NCBI GenBank assembly: GCA_048938895.1
Contig: JBHLLU010000025.1
Coordinates: 25,510-62,414 of the forward strand
DNA from: Promethearchaeota archaeon
GTDB lineage: Archaea > Asgardarchaeota > Lokiarchaeia > Sigyniarchaeales > SOKP01
Reading direction: 5' to 3'
Length of the DNA stretch: 36,905 nt
Of the stretch, positions 29,211 through 36,905 are shown piece after piece. The notes below the pieces were generated by a model, which was not told the origin of the DNA, searched no databases, and saw only the letters and a program-made list of their open reading frames with translations. How positions within the stretch are numbered: the first letter of the stretch is position 1; the number at the start of each line of letters is the position of its first letter. Made by a program: the position numbers and the translations under genes.

Positions 29211-30086
29211 TTAGATCATAATTGTTATAGAATTTGTAAACGTATATGCCGTTATTGGACCAATAGGGTACCCATTCCAATTAAAAATATCCCATCCCCA
29301 CCCCATTTTTTTGATTTCAACAGTATAACGAATGCGTACAGAATGATACATTTGAGTCGGTGTGGAAGTACTTCTAGGGATATTTTCATTTGGCTCGAAG
29401 TATATAAGTAAACCAAGTTCTGTTACCGCATCATCACCATCTTCTTCAAACTTTGCCCAATCTCGACCCCAATAAGTATCTTGACCATAAGTAAAACTAT
29501 CACCTGAAGGTATAAACCAATTTATTACAGTTATCACTCCATCAAGTACAGTAAAGAAAGGATGGATTTCACCTGCGATGGCGAAGATTATGAACTGAAA
29601 CAATTCTTCCATTAAATCCATTCCTTGATTGGCATTGGCACCCTCTGAAACACCAGTAGCAACTGGAGTGAGAATACCTGAACCCAGAGGGGTTACTATC
29701 CAATTCCCCCCAAACATGTGAATGTGCCTTGTAATATCAATTTCAATCATGATCGATTCGATATAATAAGTCCACCAAAATTTAACCCAAATACCGTTTT
29801 CGTATTTATCATAGGAATCGGGGTTTAGTGAAATCATGAACGCACATTTTAGTTCATCTAAATACCAATTAGGATTACCTGACTCTCTATGATACATAAC
29901 CCGGGTTTCAAAACCTAACACCGAATCATCTTCTGTGTTATTTGAGGGTGCATCGTATTGGCGAGCACCCTGCCCTGTATCAAAACCCCAATATTCATCT
30001 GCTCTTACTAAGGTGATTAGGAATAATAATGAAAATATCACTGTTGTTATTATTAAGGTATATTTTTTTTTATTTATTTTAATCAT
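29211..30086 (-). CDS. Secreted hypothetical protein
   Basis: KKK plus hydrophobic signal ending VRA-DE; beta-rich, aromatic-rich body with a central hydrophobic helical segment. Confidence 0.8.
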   Translation of the reverse strand: MIKINKKKYTLIITTVIFSLLFLITLVRADEYWGFDTGQGARQYDAPSNNTEDDSVLGFETRVMYHRESGNPNWYLDELKCAFMISLNPDSYDKYENGIWVKFWWTYYIESIMIEIDITRHIHMFGGNWIVTPLGSGILTPVATGVSEGANANQGMDLMEELFQFIIFAIAGEIHPFFTVLDGVITVINWFIPSGDSFTYGQDTYWGRDWAKFEEDGDDAVTELGLLIYFEPNENIPRSTSTPTQMYHSVRIRYTVEIKKMGWGWDIFNWNGYPIGPITAYTFTNSITIMI

Positions 30087-30293
30087 CTCTTTACAATTTC
30101 TTTTGAGGATTTTTGTTCTAAATGAAATCCAATCTTAAAATACAAAAATGTAAAATAACATTGGATATCGATAGATAAGTAAAACTATTATTTAAAGTTT
30201 TGATAACAACAAACCGATACTAGTAATTATATGGGAAAACTCAATGAGTTCTTCATGAAATTTTTGATTAAAATTATGCTAATTATAAAGTAA

Positions 30294-30381
30294 CTTTTGG
30301 ATAAATTACTAAAAAGGTTTATTTCAGAATATAATGGCTGTAATCTGAATGATGCGACTAAATTTGAGTTATTTAAAGGAA
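30294..30381 (+). repeat. 88-bp direct repeat, copy 2
   Basis: 80/88 identical to 28698..28785; reads LLDKLLKRFISEYNGCNLNDATKFELFKG in the homologous frame. Confidence 0.92.
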
Positions 30382-30511
30382 TGAATTTCTCCAGTTAATC
30401 GTAACCACTAAATTATTACACTGTTTTTAGTTTAAAATTGAGGTGAACTATTAGATATACCTCACAAAAGACAAAAATGATATTAGAGGTGTTTTCACTA
30501 TAAAACCACAT

Positions 30512-31381
30512 TTGCTAGATAATCAAGCTGCTTCTTCAATTATTTCTAAAAGAGATGCCTATCTTAACCGTTTTAGTAAGTTTGACCTACAATCTCGTTT
30601 GGGAACTTCTGAAGAAGCAACTATGAATGACTTACTAATATTTCTTTCGCATCAAACTCTTGATTGGGAGCAATCTGAAAAAGAAACACTTGAAAAAATC
30701 TTCAGCGAGTTAGAATCTTCTTATGGACCTTACGAAAAAAACTTACCTAAAATTGTACCGATAATAAAAACAACAGGACGAGAAGAATGTGATGCAGCTT
30801 ATACAAGAAAAAATAGTATCTATATCCCTCTCTCTATGGTTCAATGGCCCTATAATGAATTAAAAGAATTAATTGCCCATGAACTTTTTCATGTTATCAG
30901 TAACGCCGATCTCGAACTAAGAAATGACTGGTATACCAAGTTAGGATTTACTGCATGTCCTGAATTACAAATCCCTAATGAATATCATGAACTCTATGTA
31001 ACCAATCCCGATACTATTGGAAAAAATTGCTACTTATCATTTCAAGAGAAGGGGAAACCATTAAAAGCAGTCTCTTTTCTTTACTCTAAACATTCCTACA
31101 AAGGAGGTTACTTCTTTCGTTACTTCTGTTTTTCGTTCCTTAAAGCTGAAATAAATAATAGAAAATGCAAGGCAATATATGAAGGAGATACACTTCAATT
31201 TATTGATGTCCCCCAAGACTTGTATGATCTCTGTGTAGAAATTGATCCTTATAATAATCCACATAGACTTCACCCTGAAGAGATATTAGCAGAATATTGG
31301 AGTCTACTCCCTTTCTCAGAGCCAGAACTTGATTATAACAAGAGAAACTTCTTAAAAAGAATCCATAATATTATAGAGTAA
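30512..31381 (+). CDS. Putative zincin metallopeptidase (HExxH)
   Basis: AAYTR, LIAHELFHVIS, TNPD, HPEEILAE; may start at ATA 30500. Confidence 0.75.
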   Translation: MLDNQAASSIISKRDAYLNRFSKFDLQSRLGTSEEATMNDLLIFLSHQTLDWEQSEKETLEKIFSELESSYGPYEKNLPKIVPIIKTTGREECDAAYTRKNSIYIPLSMVQWPYNELKELIAHELFHVISNADLELRNDWYTKLGFTACPELQIPNEYHELYVTNPDTIGKNCYLSFQEKGKPLKAVSFLYSKHSYKGGYFFRYFCFSFLKAEINNRKCKAIYEGDTLQFIDVPQDLYDLCVEIDPYNNPHRLHPEEILAEYWSLLPFSEPELDYNKRNFLKRIHNIIE

Positions 31382-31451
31382 GAAATTTGACTCTCCCATT
31401 TTTTTTTTATAAATTTTAAGTATGAAAGTTCATAATAGAAGATGATATCTT

Positions 31452-31910
31452 ATGGTTAATATAAAGGAAAATTTATGGATTTGTGTAATATTAGCAGGTG
31501 TTTTGGGAATAGTATCAATCTTCACACCAACAATCTATATTAGTGATGAAGATGCCTTAATCTGGGTATGGAATTTATATGTTACAGGTGATAATATCAA
31601 TTATGTTCAAACAGATGAAACTCTGTATGATTTGGGAGTTATTGCTACAATTTTTATAGTAATTGGTACACTAATAACCCTTTTCTCAGGAATTATTTCG
31701 AAGGTTAAAGATAAACGTTTAAACTTGGTGGCTATAATCGGGGGGATATTATTATTGATCGGACCTATAGTTTACTTAGGGGGAATTACTATTGATGAAC
31801 CAAATATTTGGGACTATCTTTCTATCAATATTGGTAGCATTTTACCCTTCATCGCGGGAAGTATTGCTATTTTAGGGGGAATTCTGGGTATCCTAAAAAG
31901 AAAATCGTAG
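31452..31910 (+). CDS. Four-TM membrane protein
   Basis: Four hydrophobic segments; aromatic beta-like loop (LIWVWNLY) between TM1 and TM2; basic C-terminus. Confidence 0.8.
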   Translation: MVNIKENLWICVILAGVLGIVSIFTPTIYISDEDALIWVWNLYVTGDNINYVQTDETLYDLGVIATIFIVIGTLITLFSGIISKVKDKRLNLVAIIGGILLLIGPIVYLGGITIDEPNIWDYLSINIGSILPFIAGSIAILGGILGILKRKS

Positions 31911-32017
31911 ATTTAAAAAAAGTATATAAAAAATTTATAAAATTCTCTTTATATTTTTAGCTGATGTATAAGGAGTAAAAAAAAAATGAATTTTTATAAA
32001 ATTTTAATACTGACCTA

Positions 32018-33913
32018 CTAAATTTTCCCCCTCTTTTTCTTCAGATTATAAACAATTATGAAACCTACGGGGCATATTATCGCAAGACCAACGAAACCAA
32101 TAGAAAATCCAGGAATTGGGGGAACTGGTTGGTCCTCTGCTTCATCTGGAACACCATTTTGATTATTGTCTTTAGATGTACCATGTCGTATATCTAAGAG
32201 GTCATCTACGCCATTTTCATTGAAATCTGGTACAAACCCAGCAAATTGATAAAACATTTCATATTCCCGTTCCCCATTGATAAAAGCTTGTTGACCGACA
32301 TCCCACCATGTTGCGTTTGTATCCACTACTGTTGCTGTTACATAAATGTACGTTGATGGAAATAGACTCAAAGCAGTCCCATTCAAGATGTATTCAATCT
32401 CTTCTCCTTCTGCATCGAATGTGTCAATAGGATCATGTCTGTCTAATGCGGGATCATAAAAATTGTCAACACTACGATCCATTGTCAGGTTTGCTATCGA
32501 GATCCGGAAATCTTCTTCTATTTCAATATCTTTCTGCAAAGATTGGCTTGTTATATTACTAATTGGTAATCCGTTTAAATCTAGTGGAGTAGTATCCACC
32601 ATCATAGTTTCAATATCTATTAATCGAGGTAGAAAAAACCACATAAACTCACGAATAATCAATGGACGGGGTAGAGGATTCATTAGTCTTAATAAGAAGT
32701 TTCCAAAATTCAAATCTACCTCACCAGTATCAAAACCACATACTCTTGGAGATAATGGTAATTCATCTCCTGCACTATCTAACAATGTTGTTTCTGTTAT
32801 AATGATAGGATCAGGTTCTGAAAATCCTGCTCCAGAATGAAATTCTGCTTCTGGGGGAACAATCCCTGGCGATCCACCTAACCAACTCTTAGGGGTACTA
32901 AAATTAAGCTCAAAAACATTGTAACTATCTCCTTGAAAGACTTCAGTAGTTCCTAATGCAGTTATTGTTGGATCATCCCATGGACATAATGAACCGCGAA
33001 ATACCCAATCAACTGTCAATAAACTCGCTTCACTGAGTATCTTAATTATCATTCCATATGCATCCTCATCATTCGGATTGAAAAAATCCCAGTTGTAAAC
33101 TGTTTTTACATTTAATCCTATATCATGCCCTAATATTTCATAAGAGGTATCACTAAAATGACGATCAGTTCCCGCACGCATTTCTCCTGTCAATGTTGAC
33201 CCTGTTGCTAGTATATGATTGTTTTCGGGATCTTCTGCAGAACCTGTTCGAGGTGCGGCATCACCATGTGCACAACCATAATTATGTGCTGCTTCATGTG
33301 TAGTTGTACCAGCAATCGCAGTAGCCCATCGTTCTAACGTTGAATCTGCTCCCTCTAATGCTTGTCCTGTTCCACCATATGCTGAAAGGAATGAACCCGA
33401 CCATACGCGTGCATAATCTTGAGCATCATTATCTCCTATATCAACTGCTTGTGCTAACCCAAAAACATCATATCCCCCTGTAATAGTTTCTGCATCAGAT
33501 CCAATACCTACAATCTGCCATCTATCTTCAGTTGGACTAGGTGCTGTAGTTGTACTTATCACATCAACATCAAATTCCCAATAATCTATTGTTACCATTT
33601 CACTAATCCTGTCCCGTAGTTGAGATGTTGTCCCAATACTCCCGTCTAAATCAGCTACATCAAAAGGACCTAAGGGGGATGTAACAGCTCCATATGAACC
33701 ATACTCTGGGAAACCAGAATCTGAAACTGTTGGATAATAAAGATAGAGAGTGTTGCGATGATTCGAATTTGCCGTTCTGGGATTAGCTAAAGCAATCGAA
33801 CTTATACTTCGAGAATCAACACCAGCGGTGTGAACAATCCCGATGTGTATTAGAAATGAAGACATTGCAAATAATATGAGGATAAACTCAAATACTATCT
33901 TTCTTTTTGTAAT
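32018..33913 (-). CDS. Cell-surface metzincin-like metallopeptidase with Ca-binding-like repeats and an IPGF-TM-basic C-terminal sorting signal
   Basis: HEAAHNYGCAH (HExxHxxGxxH); DFNENGVDD and DNNQNGVPDE; IPGF + TM + KKKRGK; start extended from ATG 33865 to ATT 33913 (RBS and complete signal peptide). Confidence 0.8.
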   Translation of the reverse strand: MTKRKIVFEFILILFAMSSFLIHIGIVHTAGVDSRSISSIALANPRTANSNHRNTLYLYYPTVSDSGFPEYGSYGAVTSPLGPFDVADLDGSIGTTSQLRDRISEMVTIDYWEFDVDVISTTTAPSPTEDRWQIVGIGSDAETITGGYDVFGLAQAVDIGDNDAQDYARVWSGSFLSAYGGTGQALEGADSTLERWATAIAGTTTHEAAHNYGCAHGDAAPRTGSAEDPENNHILATGSTLTGEMRAGTDRHFSDTSYEILGHDIGLNVKTVYNWDFFNPNDEDAYGMIIKILSEASLLTVDWVFRGSLCPWDDPTITALGTTEVFQGDSYNVFELNFSTPKSWLGGSPGIVPPEAEFHSGAGFSEPDPIIITETTLLDSAGDELPLSPRVCGFDTGEVDLNFGNFLLRLMNPLPRPLIIREFMWFFLPRLIDIETMMVDTTPLDLNGLPISNITSQSLQKDIEIEEDFRISIANLTMDRSVDNFYDPALDRHDPIDTFDAEGEEIEYILNGTALSLFPSTYIYVTATVVDTNATWWDVGQQAFINGEREYEMFYQFAGFVPDFNENGVDDLLDIRHGTSKDNNQNGVPDEAEDQPVPPIPGFSIGFVGLAIICPVGFIIVYNLKKKRGKI

Positions 33914-34383
33914 TTCAATTTCACCTTTATGATTCTTGATTTAATTTTTATATTTCTATTATTTTTCTTCAATATCATATTATTTGGGAAGTGATCACTG
34001 AATCCCTTACTATCATGATTTTTGTTCAGACGTCCAACGCGTCGTGGAACATCATTTGCTCCCAGTATTAATTTGAATTCTCTCTATAAAAATATTTGAA
34101 TACATAAGCTATCTATCTGATCTCCTTCCCACTGAAGATTTAAACAGATTTTAAAATATAATTTTCGATCAAAAAGTTTTGAAAAAGTCTTAGAGTAATT
34201 TTAGACTTCATTGTCAAATTTACTTCATCGCAAAATTAAATCTAAAAAGAGTAAATCGTAAGTCTAAAATAAGAGTGAAAAAAAAATATAATACTCCTTT
34301 AATATTCTTAGCAAGGCTTTCGCATCCAGATTCCTCGAGAATCTTGAATAATCCTAAAAAAAAAGAGGGTAATTAATTATTTC

Positions 34384-36750
34384 TTAATAATTCAATTGAG
34401 AATATTCCAGAGCAGCAACTGCATCAATTAAACCCCATCCGTAAATGTCGTCCCATCCAGTATCATCCCCAAGATTTATAGCAGTATTATACAAAATTTC
34501 CTTAATTTGAGATGGAGTTAGGTCAGGATTATCATAGAGCAATAAAGCACAGACTCCAGCTACTAATGGACATGCATAGGAAGTTCCATTACCGGTATAA
34601 TACCCATTATCTAGATCTGGGCTAGATATTTGTGTTCCAGGAGCTACAATTCCCTCATCTTGATCATAGCCATAACAACTCCCACCATAATATTGATCTT
34701 CAGGATATTCTGGTAGCGTCCAACGATTATAGGTATTTAACCCTACTAGTGTAAGGTCATAGTATAAAGCTCCTACTGGAATTATATAATCATAAAAGGC
34801 AGCGGGATAATGTATATCCGTAACTTCATCTGCCCAACTATTCCAATTACCGGCCGCAGCACATAAAGTTATACCTGCTTGATATGCAGCTTGACATTTA
34901 TCTTCTACTTCATCATCCCATGATCTGTAATAATAAATTTCATTAGTAAAATAACCTAAACTCATAGAAATTACATCCACATCATTATCTATACCCCATT
35001 GAATTGCATCTCCCAAATTAGTAATAAATTTCATATTACTGTATAAATGAATTCGTGCTACATAAAGTGATACCTCAGGAGAAGCGCCTATTATGCCAAC
35101 TCCATTATTCACAGCACCTATAATTCCTGCACAATTTGTCCCATGTCCATCGGTGTCTTCAGGAGTATCGTCTTCATTATCAAAATCTTTTCCCAATTCA
35201 TAATTTTCGACTAAGTCAGTGTGGTCTAAATCCATCCCCGTATCAATAACTAATACTTTTACACCCTCTCCATTGGTAATCCCCCATAATCTTTCAGCAT
35301 CTACCATATCCATTCCCCAATCAAATACTTGTTGATTTGAGAAACTCGTATTATGATATGTGTCAAAATTAATTACCACTGATTCATAGTCTTCCCCTCC
35401 AGATGAACCAAATACTTGAATGGAATAAGATCCTTCCGGTAAATGAAGGACGTGATCTTCTGAAAAATAAACAGGATTTTGATCATCTCCATTCAAAACA
35501 TACCTTAAATTATCTAGATTTGATGGCTCAACATCGAGGGTGACATATTCACTGTAATCAATGCCTTCTTTGGGAGAGCATATGCTAATTCCCTCTTCAT
35601 AGTATATTTCACAATAAACTGTATCAATTATATTAGCTCCAATATTGATGTTCCCAAAAGGAGTCCATATCCACCCTGTACACTGGGCCTTAAACTGTAC
35701 TCGAATATTGTCTATATCTTTTTGATCACCTGCGAGAACCCAAGTATTAGTTGTCCAACTAGGTGTCAAAGGACCTGGCATAGAACTGCGCGGGAGGTTA
35801 ACTGTTTGCCATGATGTCCATTCACTATTCCAATATATTGAAATTTTTGGATTTGTGTTCCCAAAACTTCTCCCAAAGGTATTTATCTCAATCTTGGATA
35901 CTTGTTTCACAAAATTAATATTATTGCTCATAACAAATTCTTCTATCTTATTGTGATGATCATCTCCACTGGCGGTAATTACAACACCATCCCCTATCGT
36001 TGGTTTAGTTACAGCTTCATCTATACGACTATAATGAGGTTCAGGATTAGAGGTTGAAACCCACTCAGTTCGAATGTCTCCATTTGGTCTATTAATGCCA
36101 GTGATAGTGTCAGATATCGTATAGTTAACTTCACAGAAGAAGGCATCAATACTATTGGAACCGATGTTGATATTTCCATAAGGTGTCCATATCCAACCTG
36201 TACAATGAGCTTTATACCGTACTTGTAGATTATTTAAGTCAGATTGATCTCCTGATACAGGAAATTCATTTTCCGCCCATCCAGGAGTCAATGGTCCCGG
36301 CATAGCACGAGGGAGATTAACTGTTTGGTAATCGGTCTCTCCTCCATCCCAAGTAAGGGCAACCTTTGGATTAGAATTTCCAAAACTCCTGCCGTATGTA
36401 TGAACCTTAATTAATGAGACAGATTCCACATAGAGAATGCTGTTTTCCATCTCAAGAATTTCTATTTCGCCATCATCATCCGCATTTGCTGTTACATAAC
36501 TACCATCAGGAGGATCATTCTTATCATCACATTCATCCATCTTGTTCCAATGTGGTGTTGCAGTACTCCATGGAGTTTGATAATCATCGTCTGGAGTTAT
36601 ATTGGCAATTACATGTTGATTAAGCTTGGGTAATAAGGCTTGAGGAAGTGTTGTGCTATTAGTAGGGGAACGAATAACCGAAGTTATCGGGAACATAATT
36701 CCCAGTAAAATTACTGAGAGTATTAAACCTTTAAATCTAATTTTCTGCAT
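34384..36750 (-). CDS. Secreted subtilisin-like (S8) serine protease with two N-terminal tandem domains
   Basis: VLVIDTG (Asp), HGTNCAG (His), AAAGN (oxyanion Asn), GTSYACP (Ser), YGWGLIDA; N-terminal signal peptide. Confidence 0.93.
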   Translation of the reverse strand: MQKIRFKGLILSVILLGIMFPITSVIRSPTNSTTLPQALLPKLNQHVIANITPDDDYQTPWSTATPHWNKMDECDDKNDPPDGSYVTANADDDGEIEILEMENSILYVESVSLIKVHTYGRSFGNSNPKVALTWDGGETDYQTVNLPRAMPGPLTPGWAENEFPVSGDQSDLNNLQVRYKAHCTGWIWTPYGNINIGSNSIDAFFCEVNYTISDTITGINRPNGDIRTEWVSTSNPEPHYSRIDEAVTKPTIGDGVVITASGDDHHNKIEEFVMSNNINFVKQVSKIEINTFGRSFGNTNPKISIYWNSEWTSWQTVNLPRSSMPGPLTPSWTTNTWVLAGDQKDIDNIRVQFKAQCTGWIWTPFGNINIGANIIDTVYCEIYYEEGISICSPKEGIDYSEYVTLDVEPSNLDNLRYVLNGDDQNPVYFSEDHVLHLPEGSYSIQVFGSSGGEDYESVVINFDTYHNTSFSNQQVFDWGMDMVDAERLWGITNGEGVKVLVIDTGMDLDHTDLVENYELGKDFDNEDDTPEDTDGHGTNCAGIIGAVNNGVGIIGASPEVSLYVARIHLYSNMKFITNLGDAIQWGIDNDVDVISMSLGYFTNEIYYYRSWDDEVEDKCQAAYQAGITLCAAAGNWNSWADEVTDIHYPAAFYDYIIPVGALYYDLTLVGLNTYNRWTLPEYPEDQYYGGSCYGYDQDEGIVAPGTQISSPDLDNGYYTGNGTSYACPLVAGVCALLLYDNPDLTPSQIKEILYNTAINLGDDTGWDDIYGWGLIDAVAALEYSQLNY
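35596..36603 (-). repeat. Intragenic tandem duplication of a ~165-aa domain in the S8 protease
   Basis: Both copies contain GRSFGNxNPK, QTVNLPR, MPGPLTPxW, GDQxD and CTGWIWTP(Y/F)GNINIG. Confidence 0.9.
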
Positions 36751-36905
36751 TTTTAATTCTTCTAAGATTTTTTTTTATTCACAATTCATATAAATGTGAA
36801 TTTTTAGATTTCAATTAATCATTAAGGCTTAATTGTTTTTAAATATTATAGACAGAAAGACAGCAGATTTTCTAGTTTTTTTATGTTATCTGGACCAAAT
36901 TTCTA

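Noticed and set aside
29104-30250. Weak second repeat (AACAAACC..GATA..TTAT..GGAAAACT) on both sides of the secreted gene, possibly cassette recombination sites
   Set aside because: Short, gapped and AT-rich; no attC-type RYYYAAC/GTTRRRY hairpin seen; could be chance
28698-30381. 88-bp repeat pair as a diversity-generating retroelement TR/VR
   Set aside because: The eight mismatches are not confined to adenines of either copy on one strand, and there is no reverse transcriptase in the window
34023-34051. GC-rich imperfect hairpin TGTTC-A-GACG..CGTC-GTG-GAACA in intergenic DNA
   Set aside because: Single copy, short stems, no match to an RNA family I recognise
974-36623. Short ORFs antisense to or overlapping confident genes (e.g. 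974, 2618, 3636, 4209, 5769, 6359, 7912, 9579, 10384, 11101, 23196, 23409, 23681, 24465, 25375, 28070, 28267, 29184, 29935, 31061, 32463, 36414)
   Set aside because: Shadow frames of well-supported CDSs, with no motifs or RBS
36777-36801. Inverted repeat ATTCACA-N11-TGTGAAT upstream of the S8 protease gene as an operator
   Set aside because: Seven-bp arms in very AT-rich DNA with no second instance; insufficient support
1-36905. CRISPR array, tRNA/rRNA, IS element or prophage
   Set aside because: No regularly spaced repeats, cloverleaf-like GC-rich segments, transposase, integrase or virion genes recognised by eye

Overview
Low-GC, gene-dense archaeal DNA. It is most consistent with an Asgard (Lokiarchaeia-like) chromosome; this is an inference from AGGTGA-type ribosome-binding sites, an MglA-like GTPase beside a longin/DENN-like protein, stand-alone 7TM proteins and an IPGF-TM-basic C-terminal sorting signal. 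The window has three parts. (1) 1-12.5 kb: a redox island with a divergent FrhB-like gene and the operon hdrC-hdrB-hdrA'-hdrA''-mvhD(+wHTH)-[hdrA'-hdrA''-mvhD fusion]-metV-metF, followed by an Lrp regulator. This is a candidate flavin-bifurcating methylene-tetrahydrofolate reductase complex with a duplicated HdrA-MvhD unit. (2) 12.8-28.5 kb: small paralogous Zn-ribbon proteins and microproteins, a surface prenyltransferase-repeat protein, a possible Whirly-like protein divergent from a CoiA-like nuclease, and housekeeping hydrolases/oxidoreductases. It also holds two signalling-like gene pairs that share a DENN-like C-terminal domain: longin-DENN-like plus small GTPase, and 7TM plus Zn-DENN-like. 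(3) 28.6-36.9 kb: an accessory region with an 88-bp direct repeat bracketing an orphan secreted gene, two zinc metallopeptidases and a subtilase with a tandem novel domain. Several genes appear to start at ATT/ATA/ATC. I recognised no rRNA, tRNA, CRISPR array, integrase or transposase. All family calls come from motif recognition by eye; no searches were run.
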